Assembly: GCA_036785375.1 (NCBI GenBank)
Contig: JAWMAR010000421.1
Coordinates: 620,001-684,000, forward strand
Direction: 5' to 3'
Length of the DNA stretch: 64,000 nucleotides
Source of the DNA: Leucoraja ocellata
Taxonomy: Eukaryota
Shown here: one piece after another, positions 1 through 11,819 of the stretch
Numbering within the stretch: the first letter of the stretch is position 1
How the letters are laid out: the number at the start of each line of letters is the position of its first letter
Position numbers and translations under genes: made by a program
The notes under the pieces: generated by a model
What the model saw: the letters and a program-made list of their open reading frames with translations, nothing else
What the model was told of the DNA's origin: nothing
Database searches by the model: none

Positions 1-186
1 CCAACACTGAGCACCGCACTGGCTGCAGTGGCTCACCACCACCTCTTGAAGTCAGGGAGGGATGGCAATAAAAGCCAGTATTGCCAGCAACAACCACAAC
101 ATGCAAGAGAGTAAAAAAAACAATAAAAGTACCGAATGATGGAAGGAGTGAGCAACAAACTGTACTGTCAATGGAAATAACACAAG

Positions 187-451
187 TGTGGCGTCAGCTG
201 ATACACAGACAACTTATGGTCGAACCCTCGTCAGTAGCTACAAAGGCCGTCATGTGACGTCAGGGGCTAAGGGGAGTGTCCTGCTACAGAAGCATAACTC
301 ACCTTGAGATCACCCGGGTCAACAGGTAGCTGAGCTCGAGACAACACCCTCGCTCAGCTACAGCAGCAATGACAATTATGTTAGTGGACCAAACTTACAT
401 GTAACACTTGAATAAAGCAACTGTTTATTCACCACGTCTGGTGCTGCTACA
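187..451 (+). mobile_element. Candidate solo LTR (~265 bp) in BLOC1S6 intron 4
   Basis: Starts TGTGGC and ends GCTACA (TG..CA, 5/6 inverted termini). Internal AATAAA at 411-416 and CRE palindrome TGACGTCA at 255-262. Flanks caag/taag resemble an imperfect 4-bp TSD. Confidence 0.45.
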
Positions 452-1407
452 TAAGGTTTAAAATGTCTCAAATCATTCACCAGGACTCAGTGCATGGAGT
501 TACCATGGATTAGCAAAGGGCTCAGTGAATGCCAAGGACAAGGGCTGCCTGAGAGATTAGCTTCCTCCACAACCTCCAGGTCTAAAACTGGAAAATCACT
601 CATTACAAGTGTTCTCCATCAAGACCTGACGCCAAGTTCACCCTGACACTATCAACCATCTCCCTTCAGAGTTGCTGGGATGCTCAGTGCCAGCAGAATG
701 TGTACAACAGTGAGCTAAAAAAAGCTAAGTAATTGACCCAAGACACCTAATGTGGAGGAGTCTCAGAACAGACTTTGTCAGCACGCATACAACATGCCAA
801 ACAGTGTCCTCGAGCTGAAAATTTCAATCTATGAAAAGTTAAATCCTGCAGATCTCGAAAGTATTATGGTTCCAGCTGCTGGAACCATTCAGCAAGTGAG
901 GCAGCAAGAAAAACAGAATTAATGGTTCAGACGTGACTACAGGTCACAGGCGTGCAACGAAGACCATCAATCTAAACCATTAGCTCTGTTTCTCTGCCTT
1001 AGCAGTTGTGTTTTCGATGTTTCTGCTCCCATTGCTCTTGCCGCAAGCAAGCAAAGCACTGAGGAATACGAACTGCGTTCGGTTGCTGCAAGCATCACAA
1101 TGACAACCAACTGAAATAGGACTGGGGACAAGTAATGGAATGTGGCCATGGTGCCAGTGGAGATTCCATACTCAACCCAGCATCTGGGTTGAAGAAAACA
1201 ATCAGCTGGAGTGGAAGCACTCAAATCCTCAGCCCATTCCAGCCCAGGAATGGGAATCACTGCTGGCAACAATTTTGGACAATAAGCTATAGATGATGCA
1301 GAGAAAGCAAAGTTATGCAAATTTCTTAGGATTCAGAATGACGCATATAAGGTACAGATTTGTCAGAGATGGCTCAGATACCCCAGTGAGGGTCATGGGG
1401 TCCATAC

Positions 1408-4400
1408 CTTTAGTCTTGATGTCTTTTCATGCAACGTGACCATTTCCCTGCGAATGTTCACCAGTTTATCGTGGTAACATTTGGCCTCTGTGAACTGCAG
1501 GAAAATAGTTTCATTTGTTGTTAGGTGTACCGAAGTAGTGAATAGATGACATAATCACTGAGAAACATATCCATCTAATATTGTTAGCCATAGGCTGAGT
1601 TAAGAATGTGTACAAGTTAAAGAAGCCCTCCCACAACCAAGTGGAACTCTGATATGTCTGGAGAGTAGGCAGATGATTAGTGGGATAACATAGAGTGAAC
1701 AGGTGATCAATGGTCGGCATGGACTCGGTGGGTTGAAGAGCCTGTTTCCATGCTGTATCTTAGAAACATAGAAATTAGGTGCATGAGTAGGCCATTCGGC
1801 CCTTCGAGCCTGCACCGCCATTCAATATGATCATGGCTGATCATCCAACTCAGTATCCCGTACCTGCCTTCTCTCTATACCCTCTGATCCCCTTAGCCAC
1901 AAGGGCCACATCTAACTCCCTCTTAAATATAGCCAATGAACTGGCCTCGACTACCCTCTGTGGCAGAGAGTTCCAGAGATTCACCACTCTCTGTGTGAAA
2001 AAAGTTCTTCTCATCTCGGTTTTAAAGGATTTCCCCCTTATCCTTAAGCAGTGACCCCTTGTCCTGGACTTCCCCAACATTGGGAGCAATCTTCCTGCAT
2101 CTAGCCTGTCCAACCCCTTAAGAATGTTGTAAGTTTCTATAAGATCCCCTCTCAATCTCCTAAATTCTAGAGAGTATAAACCAAGTCTATCCAGTCATTC
2201 TTCATAAGACAGTCCTGACATCCCAGGAATCAGTCTGGTGAACCTTCTCTGCACTACCTCTATGGCAATAATGTCCTTCCTCAGATTTGGAGACCAAAAC
2301 TGTACGCAATACTCCAGGTGTGGTCTCACCAAGACCCTGTACAACTGCAGTAGAACCTCCCTGCTCCTATACTCAAATCCTTTTGCTATGAAATATCTTT
2401 CTGTGAACAGCAGCCAATGTCTCACCAGTTCACCACATTTCAATATCTATCATAACTGACCTGCTAACTGATGCAAGGTAAAACCATTAAAATATATAGG
2501 TGGTAACCTATTTTGCAGCAGTTTAATGAGGTAGTGCAGACAGGCTCTGCCTTATTCATTACCAGGAATACAAAAGTAACAACTAGCAGTGAGATACAAA
2601 AAAAGTTCTCTACTCTTGTCATTCATTAATACCATTGTTATTCTTTACTTAAATATCACTTACCTACACGCTCTCCACAGATTTCTGGATATTAAGGGAA
2701 TTCATTGTTATCCTTTTTGAATAAACTCAATGACATCCTCTGTTGTATTGAATTGCAAAGATTCATCGCCTCCCAAGTGAAGAACTTTCTCCTATCTGAG
2801 TCCAATGTGGCCTCTCTGCCGCTCCGAGCTGTGACCCCAATCCTGAACTCTTCTGCTGTAGAAATAGTCCCCCTTGCATCTAGCCTTTCAAATAAATCAT
2901 CTCAGATTCCTCCAAACTCAGAACCGAGTATTCAACTTTTCCTCACATGACAAACTCGCTTTCCCTGGAACCAGTCTAGTGGACTTTCACCACATTCCCA
3001 TCATGGCAAATCAATGCCTTTTTGTATTTTCTGTTCAAATGGCATCCAGTCCTTAATTATCAAATGTTACAAGAGTCACATTTCCTTGATCTGATTATAT
3101 GCCAAGCAACAATCACAGCATTGTTACTAAAATCAGTTGCCCCTCCCCACGATCATGTAAATCAGTAGCCTGCCTCCTAAAAATCAGCCCCCATCCCACC
3201 AAAGAGCTGGCAGCAGCACTTGGAGATGAAAGGCCTTTCCTTTGCTGGGAGAATGCGATTCTGATGCCAGTTGAAACCTTGTGCTGCCTTTTCATCCCTT
3301 AATCAGCCTGCATTTATCTATTTATTTTTATTATTATTTATTTAATTCTTTATTTCGAGTGGAATAAAAGAATAAAAAGCAAGTGTGAAACAGCATACAA
3401 AAAACAAAAAAAAAACAAAACAAGAATATTTATAAAGTGTCATAAACAATATTTATAAATAAATGAAATCGTATGTGTCTGAAAAGGAGCAGGAAGAAGC
3501 CAAAGCTTATTAATTCCCACCCCTTATTTAACTGCTTATAATTATCTTAAACAAATTTAGCAGCTATAATTTAGCAGCATTAAAATTGTACTTACTAGTG
3601 CATTAATATCCAGCACCAAATGACACTCGCGGAATTTAGCAATCTGTTGCTCCAGGGTGTCCAATAATACCACCTGATTCTGTCTAGAACAGATAAAATA
3701 CAAAGAGTTTTAAAAAGTGACCAAGTTCATCGCTATTCTCAGCTCCATTTCATACAACATGCATCGATTTCCACCGAAAAGCTATGTTCCTCCTAGGATT
3801 TTCAGAGAAACAGACTGGAACACTGACACTCAGCTACAGCAAGGCTCAACATCACAGCAAGTCATTCACAATCACCTGCATACAGTCAGACCCACTTGCC
3901 TTCCCTCCATGTTCCCCCGTAACACATACTCTCGACCCCTAAATTACCCCAGCTATGACCCTCTTGCAGTCTGTTCTAGGTTTAATGAACTGTTAGATTT
4001 TCTCTGCAGTGAGTCTGCTTCCCTTTATTCCAATTGCTAATATCAAACATCATACTTTATTTCTAATCTTTTATAGTATTTGCAGGTTTACACCACATCA
4101 TTACTCAGTCACATCACATCTTTGCAATTCCCTTATTCTTCACTTTAACCTCTCTGATGGATGAGATTGGTGCACCTTTGAGCTGACTATATAAAGTTCC
4201 CCGACACTTTCATTATACAGGTACTTGCAATCTTCCAATTTACATATTTGCCAGACGAGCATTGGTTCTATGTAGAAATGCTGAAGGTGACAAATTAAAC
4301 ATAATGCAGGCAATGCAAAGCTTGGTAGACAGGGCAGGAAAGCAGAATCCTTTTTAAAAGCTGGGAAACTGTAAACATGGGTTTAGAGTGCTGGGTGCTG

Positions 4401-7400
4401 GTGAACATTCAGGTCCAGCAACAGGGAGAGATAAATGATGAACGATCTCTGCCACATGGGAGTGGAGTTAAAAAGTGAGAAGACTTCTAAGATTGTATAG
4501 AGTTTTGGGGAGCACCGTATGGTTTTCATCTCTGCACCCAAGGAAAGATGTACGTATTGTAATCAGAGTCGTGGAGAATCCCTGGATTATCGAAGGGCCG
4601 AATGGCCTACTCCTGCACCTAATTTCTAAAAAAAAAAATTCTATTTTCTGTAATACAGAGGCTGTACTATGAAAGACTGACAAGTTTGGCCAATGGTCAG
4701 GGGAGTTAAGAAGGTTAAGAACTGACCTCCGAGTTGCACAAGATTCTGAGAGGGATCTACTTATTATTGTTAGGTTTACCATGATACAGTGACAAGCTTT
4801 GATTGCATGATATCCCGTTAAATCAAATAATACACGAGTACAATCAAGCCGTACAACAAGTGCAACAGGTCGTGCAAAGAGAAAAACACCAGAGTGCAGA
4901 TTTAGTGATGCAGAATTGTAGCGTTAGTTACAGAGAAAAAAAATCCAACGTCCACAATGAGTTTGGGAGATTGGGACTAAACCCTAGTTCATGAGCAGAT
5001 CAATCAGTAGTCTGATAACAGCAAGGAAGAAGCTGTTGTCGAATCTGGTGGTATGGGCCATCAAACCTATTTATCTTCCACCTAACGGGAGAAGGGAATA
5101 ACCAGGGTGAAAATGGCTCTCTATTACGTTGGCTCCTTTCCCAAAGCAATACAAGTGTATATGGAGTCCATGGTGGGGAGGCTGGTCTAAGTGATGGACT
5201 GGGCTACATCACAATTCTCTGTAATTTCTTATATTTTTTGGCAGTTCCCAAGCCAAGCTATGATGCAACTCAATAATATGCTTTCTAGAGTGCATGAGTA
5301 GAAGTTGGTACAAATTGTTTGAGACATGACAAACTTCTTTTGTCTCCTGAGGAGGAAATGGCGATGCTGCCATTTTTGGGTCATAGCTTTAATGTGGTTG
5401 GTCCAGGACAAATTGTGGGTGAAATTTACAACTAGGAACTTGAAGCTCTCGACCATTTCCGCAATGGCACCATTGATGCTGATACTATACCTCACATCCT
5501 CAAGGCAATATCTAGCTCCTTCTTATCGATATTCAGGAGAGGTTTCTGCATCATCAAGCTGTGGAGCACCAAAGATTGAGGTCAGGGTAAGACTATTTTG
5601 GACTGAGATGAGAGGTTTCTTTATGCAGAGTATCTGTGGTACTTGAGCATGATTGAAACACCAAGAGAAAAAGAGGATGTGGACTCAATGGTTCCCATGA
5701 ACAAATGGTGCTTCTTGTTAAGCTCCTGTCTGTGTGTAGCTGAGATAAATGCAGAAACTAACAGGGTGAGATCAGCTTTTGCCAAAGGCAGGCAAGAAGG
5801 TAAGCTGTGAAGTGGTCATAAGGAGATGGAAAGGGACACAGATCGGTGTTTTACAGCAAAATGTGTATTTGTCCATATTGGCAGGAGGGAAAGCAGAATA
5901 TGTGCATGATGCGAGACTGAGTCAGAGGGAGTTGGATGTCCTTGAATATAATTCACAAAAGCTTAGTGTACATATTGATGCTAATCAGGAAGGTTAACAA
6001 GATTTTTTTTTTTTTTAGGGCAATTGAACACAAAAGTTAGGGGGTATACTAAACATATAAGACATGGGTGAGATTGTATGTGGAGTACTGTGTATATATT
6101 GTCGTCCTTTTTTAAGGAAGGGCACAAATACATTGGAAGCAGATCAGAAGTTTACTAGATTGATAGCAAGAATCAGCAATTAATCTTAAGAGTAACGGTT
6201 GAACTTGCTAGGCTTGTATCTGCTGCAGCTTGGAAGAGTGGTCTTGATTGAAACATACATGACCCTGAGGGATCAACAGGATGGATGTGGAATGTATGTT
6301 TCCTTTCGTAAAATAATCTAGAATCAGGTCACAATTTTAAAAGGGGATCAACCATTTAAGACAGAGGCAGCAATATTTTATTTCCTCAGGTGGGTGATCT
6401 TGGGAACCCTCTCCTTCGAAGGATGAGGGAAGGGCAGCGTGAACATCACATTTCCTCATCTTATAAACCATTTTCCAGATATTTGCCCACACACGTCACC
6501 CATCTATCTTTGAACATTTTTAATGTAGCGGTAGACAAACATTTGATTAAAAGTAAGAGAACCATAAATGGACAGAAACATAGAGGTGAAGTTACAGTAC
6601 GATCAGCTGTGACCTTATTAAATGGTGGGGCAGGCTCTTGGGCCTGGGCCTACTTCTGCATCTAACTTGTATGTTTGTCACTTGCTGAGTGAGGCTCAAC
6701 ACAATTGATATGGGGATGACATCTTTTGGGGATAGCTCGAGATTCTGAAACGTGGAGGACTAAAAAGCCAAAAGGACACTGAAAGCAAAGTCATAGTTTT
6801 TCCTTGGTACTTTTATCCATTTGTGGAGCCTGTGTAAATGGCAAATAACATTCCCACTGGAATTATCTGTATGGAAAAAACATCCAATGTAATTTTAATA
6901 CTGATTTAGGCAAAAATCAATTAGTCATGCAACTTTATTCAGTTCTCATTATAGTTGATACTGGCAAGGTCAGCATTTATTACTCATCTGCAAAACTGTA
7001 CAAGTGACAAGCTACTGTCTTGAACCACTGCTGCGCCGTACAGGGAGATTTCTTCCACAGTGCAGTACTCAATGTGCTTTGGTCATTATCTGGTGGTTCT
7101 GCTTGTTTAATTCTCCTTTTGTTTTTGTCATAATGGGTTAGTGCAGCAGAACACTTGCCAGGCCAGGTTAGAGTGCACATGGGAAACATGTCAGAGCAGG
7201 CCCAAACCCAGAGAGGCAGGTTCCCTTCCCTCAACAACACTTGTGAAACGTACATTATTTTAAAATGTCAATTTGTTTGATCGTGATCACAAATAAAGAC
7301 ACTTTAGGTGTGGATTAGTTATTTCAATGAATTTAAATTCCCAGTAACCACAGTAAGAGCTGGCTCAGGGCCGGAATCTTAAGCCCTCTGGATCACCGGT

Positions 7401-10400
7401 CCTGTGATTTAACCACCTTGCTTCTGTTCCCATCTACAATATTGATCTGATCAAACAGAATGAGAACTAATGGCACATAAAAGCTGCAGAAAAGCAGAAT
7501 ATTTCAATTTGTCACCAGATTGTCTCTCAGCTTATTCCTCATAAAAAGTACACTTGCTAAGCAAATAGCAAAACAATCAATAATTAATCAATACCCGAGC
7601 ATAAATACTTTCATAGACATACGTCAGTTCCTGCAGGGCATTTTTCAATTGCTTTAGATCGGGGAGGTAGTGAGATATTAATCCTTCTGTCAGCTTTTCC
7701 ACTGTCTCCTGATTCACACACGATAACTCGCCAGAGCTCTCAAACTCTGTAATGCTTTCACTGAGACCTGAGACACAGGAAGGAGCAGAGTGGGAAATGA
7801 TTAACATCACGCAATCCTCACCCACCTTACAATTCAAGCAACAAGCAAATTTGTCAGCATAAGCCCTTTCGTGTTCAAAATTAAAATCTATTTCTCTTTG
7901 GTTAATTATTAAGCGCAGAACAGTGTGTGCATTGCAGCATTTACACTGCTGCCTGGTTACGTAGAGCTGGATTAGGGCACGAAGTATAAATGGCAAGAGG
8001 CTGCAGATTTGAGATGTGGAGGGTTTGGGTGCCCATGCGCCTGTTCCACAGAGGCAAGTACGCTGCACAGCAAGTCATTCAGAAAGTGTGCACCACGGAC
8101 TCTGGAACAGCTTCTTCCCCTCTGTTATCAAACTTCTGAATGGTCCTTCCATAATCCAGAGTACTGCCCAATACATCTCTACCCCATTGTGTACATTGGA
8201 TTTTTGTCTCTGAAACTGATGCACTGCAATGCTGTGAACTATATTCTGTATTCTATATCTTCCCCTTTGCTCTACCTATTGTACTCGAGTTTGACATGAT
8301 TATATTTATGTATAGTATTATCTGATCTGATTGGATGGTGTGCAAAACAAAGCTTTTCACTGTACCTTGGTACATGTGAGAATAATAAAGCATAATAATA
8401 ATGTCATAAGAATCTTATTACCTCACATCAGTCTAGATTCAATTCCATCTGCCACTGCTCCACCCAATTTTTCAACTGATTTATGCCCTGCAGTATTCTT
8501 AAACAAGATCTTCGCAATCTATAATTTCATCAATTGCCACGTGGAGCTTTGTCAAAAGACTTACTGAAATCCACTACTACTTTCTTCATCAATTTTCATA
8601 GTTACCTCTTCAAAGAAAAACTCAGACCTGCAAGTACTAGTTCCTTGAAGTGGCGTCACAGGTGCTGTAGATAGGATGGCTAAGGCGACTTTTGGAACAT
8701 TGGCCATTGGTCAGGGTATTGAACATGGAAGTTGTGTTGTTATGTTGCAGTTGTTCATGATGTTGGCAAGACTATACTTGCAGTATTGTGTTCATGTTTG
8801 GTCACCTTACTATAGGAAGAATGCTGTTAAGCTGGAAGAGTGCAGAGGAGATTTACCAGAATATTGCCAGGACCCGAGGGCCTGAGTTGTAGGAAGAGGT
8901 TGGGCAAGATAGAATTTGGAGTGCATAAGGCTGAGGGGTGACATTGTAGAGGTATATAAAAACATGAATGGAACAGTTTTTTACCCAGAATAGGGGAATT
9001 AAAAACCAGGGGACATAGGTTTAAGGTGAGAGGGGAAAGATTTATTTGGAATCTGAAGCACCTTTTTCACAAAAAGGGTAGTGTGTATATGGAATGAGCT
9101 GCCAGAGGAGGCAGTTAAGACAGGTACTGTAACAACATTTTGAGAGACATTTAGACAGATAGGAAAGGTGTAGAGATATGGGCCAAACGCAGACGGGTGG
9201 GACTAGCTTAGATGGGGCATTTTGGTCGGCATGGACAAGTTGAGCCAAAGGGCCTATTTCCATGCTGTGTGACTCTACGGTACCTGGCCAATGGATTTCC
9301 ATGCCCAACGATCCGTAGATACCAATCCACTTAAATATTGTCAATGACTCTGCTTCCCTCACTGTCTCCAGCAGTATATTAGATAATAGACAATAGGTGC
9401 AGAAGTAGGCCATTTGGCCCTTCAAACCAGCACCGCCATTCAATGTGATCAATCATTTACAATCAGTACCCCGTTCCTGCCTTTTCTCCATATCCCTTAA
9501 CTCTGCTATCTCGAAGAGCTCTATCTAACTCTCTCTTGAAAGCATCCAGAGAACCAGCCTCGACCACCCTCTGAGGCCGAGACTTCCACACACTCACAAC
9601 TCTCTGTGTGAAAAAGATTTTCCTCGTCACCTTTCTAAATGGGTTACCACTTATTTTTAAACTATGGCCCCTGGTTCTGGACCACCGACATTAAGAACTC
9701 GCTTCCTGCCTCTAGCATGTCCAAACCCTTAATAATCTTATATGTTTCAATAAGAGCCCCACTCATCCTTCTAAACTCGAGAGTGTACAAGCCCAGCCGC
9801 TCCAATCTATCAACATATGACAGTCCCGCCATCCCGGGATTTAACCTCGTGAACCTATGCTGCACTCCCTCAATAGCAAGAATATCCTTTCTCAGGTTTG
9901 GAGACAAAAATTGCACACAATACTCCAGGTATGGTCTCACTAGGGCCCTGTACAACTGCAGGTGGACCTCTTTGATCCTATACTCAACTCCTCTTGTTAT
10001 GAAGCCTAACATGCCATTCACTTTCTTCACTGCCTGCTATACCTGCATGCTTACTTTCAGTGATTGATGAACAAGGACCCCCAGGTCCCACTGTACTTCC
10101 CCTGTACTTTTCCCAACTTGACACCATATAGATAATAATCTGCCTTCCTGTTTTTGCCACCAAAGTGGATAATCTCACTTTTATCTACATTAAACTGCAT
10201 CTGCCATGTATCTGCCCACTCACCCAACCTGTCCAAGTCACCCTGCATCCTCATAGCATCCTCCTCACAGTTCACACTGCCAGCCAGCTTTGGCTCATAT
10301 ATTCCAAGTACTCACCACTCTCTGCGTGAAAAAGTTGCCCCCTGAAAACCAACATCTGGAGTTTGTTGTTTCATCATTCTGGTGAAACTCCTCTGCACAC

Positions 10401-11093
10401 TCCCCAGCACTATCACATCCTTCCTATTGTGAGGTGACCATAACTGCCTGCAGTATTCAATCTGACAAATATAAAAGTTGGAGAACAACCTCTCTGCTGT
10501 TGTACTCAATGACCCAATTAAAGGCGGCTGATGTTCCATAGGTATTTTTAAACACATTATCTACTTGTGCTACCACCTTTGTGGATCTTTCGCCTAGTCT
10601 ACTTTTGGACATCCCTTTGTTCCTCAAAACCCTACCATTCATGGAGCATGTCCCAGCCTCATTAGTACTCCCAAAATATATTATCTCACATCTGTCAGGA
10701 TTAAGTTCCAACTGCCATTTCTCAGACCAGCACGTCGACATGACCCTGTAGTCCCGACTACCCCTCACACAGTCAACATCAATCTTTGTGTCATTGATGA
10801 ATTTACTGGTGGTGCTCCTACATCCAACTCACTCACGGACATTACATGCAGCAAGGGTTATCAAGCACCGGTTCCTATGGGACTGCGCTAGTCACAAAAC
10901 ACCCCCACCTTGTCTCCCTCACTGTGGACACGAGTTATCCTCCTGCCGTCTCCCGCATTGTGGACACGAGTTATCCTCCTGCCACCACCATGGCCGACAA
11001 GATGCAGAATTATCCCGCAGAGCACCAGCAAGTCCTACCTGCGGCGGCCTTGGGCCAAGCGGAGGCGCCCTGAGCAGAGTCCCCAGGCTCCAT
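1408..11093 (-). CDS. BLOC1S6: Pallidin / BLOC-1 subunit 6, coding exons 1-4 (3'-partial; last exon presumably left of the window)
   Basis: GT-AG exons with consistent phases: 11093-11039 (MEPGDSAQGASAWPKAAAG, good Kozak aaccATGG), 7767-7623 (LSES...VEKLTEGLISHYLPDLKQLKNALQELT), 3683-3596 (QNQVVLLDTLEQQIAKFRECHLVLDINAL), 1494-1408 (FTEAKCYHDKLVNIRREMVTLHEKTSRLK). Exons 2-4 match pallidin; synteny with SLC30A4. Exon 1 is the least certain. Confidence 0.92.
1761..2390 (-). mobile_element. CR1/HER1-type LINE 3' fragment (young)
   Basis: ORFs 2195-2443 and 1850-2155 give CR1 ORF2 C-terminal motifs (LYRVLVRPHLEYCVQFWSP, RGDLIETY, FFTQRVVNLWNSLP). Terminal agaaacatagaaa repeat. Confidence 0.9.
5010..5480 (-). 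mobile_element. Decayed Rex1/Babar- or L2-like LINE ORF2 fragment
   Basis: ORF 5229-5495: VESFKFL..LSWTNHI..HFLLRR..FYSCTLESILLSCIIAWLGN, typical of the region after the RT domain. Confidence 0.7.
5760..6670 (+). mobile_element. Old degenerate CR1 LINE fragment
   Basis: Decayed CR1 3' motifs (gtggagtactgtgt, cttgattgaaacatac, tcagctgtgaccttattaaatggtggggcaggct). Confidence 0.65.
8625..9280 (+). mobile_element. CR1 LINE 3' fragment
   Basis: ORF 8676-8885 (LQLF..LARLYLQYCVHVWSPYYRK) followed by a CR1-type 3'UTR ending gggcctatttccatgctgt. Confidence 0.8.
9385..10800 (-). mobile_element. Two adjacent CR1 LINE fragments
   Basis: ORFs 9662-10030 (LYRALVRPYLEYCVQFLSP), 10057-10275 (QGDLDRLGEWADTWQMQFNVDK) and 10312-10768. 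Confidence 0.88.
10915..10985. repeat. Short direct tandem repeat (two ~36-bp units) in BLOC1S6 intron 1
   Basis: tgtggacacgagttatcctcctgcc occurs twice in tandem. Confidence 0.8.
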
Positions 11094-11520
11094 GGTTTAC
11101 CGGCCGCGCCGGGCCTCACACCGGCGGCCTCCTGTTGGTGTAATGGGAAAAGGTCAAGGCGGTAACCGACCAGTGGAACAGGCCGATCCGTGGCCCACTC
11201 CCCGGTCCGAACCCCCGCACCGTCCACCCCTCGCCCAGCGCCAGCCCGGACCCGCGCCCGTCAGCCACCGTATAATCCGTGTAAGTACATATACAAACAC
11301 AAGCCGCTTGCGCCGCAACAGCTAACAGTATGCAGGAGTCGAGATGTGTTCCGGGAACGACCGAGGCTGCGCTTCATGCCCTGATTCCGCCTCCAGCGGA
11401 ACCCGGCTCGCCGAGAGAACTCGCTCCGTCCCACAGGCCCGACCCTCGTACCCTCTCCACCAGAGCCCCAGACATCGGATCTGTCCAATTCTACTCGCGT
11501 CCTTTACTCCGCTACCACTT
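11000..11520 (-). promoter_or_regulatory. CpG-island promoter region of BLOC1S6
   Basis: Markedly GC/CpG-rich stretch around the first coding exon, against a CpG-poor background. Confidence 0.7.
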
Positions 11521-11819
11521 ATTTATTTACTATAGGTTGCTCATTTCTCGCTTTCCATAAATTCCAAGGTGCTTTCCCCGATTCTGCCAGTGAAAATGAT
11601 GCAAACGCCCCTCCCATTCCTTTATTTATTTTATAATTTCTGAGTGTATCTGCAGAACCCTCGTCGTCTTTCCCAAGTTTCGTTTTACATAGTTACAGAA
11701 ATGAGTGTAATATGCATAAATAAGGAACTGCAAATGCTGGTTACTAAAAACGGCACCAAGTGCTGGAGTAGCTCAGCGGGTCAAGCAGCATCTCTGGAGA
11801 ACATGGATAGGTTGGGTGA

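Noticed and set aside
11374-11475. ATG TCT GGG... as the BLOC1S6 start
   Set aside because: Reaches a stop after 33 codons. The ATG at 11093 has a good Kozak context and the required phase-1 donor.
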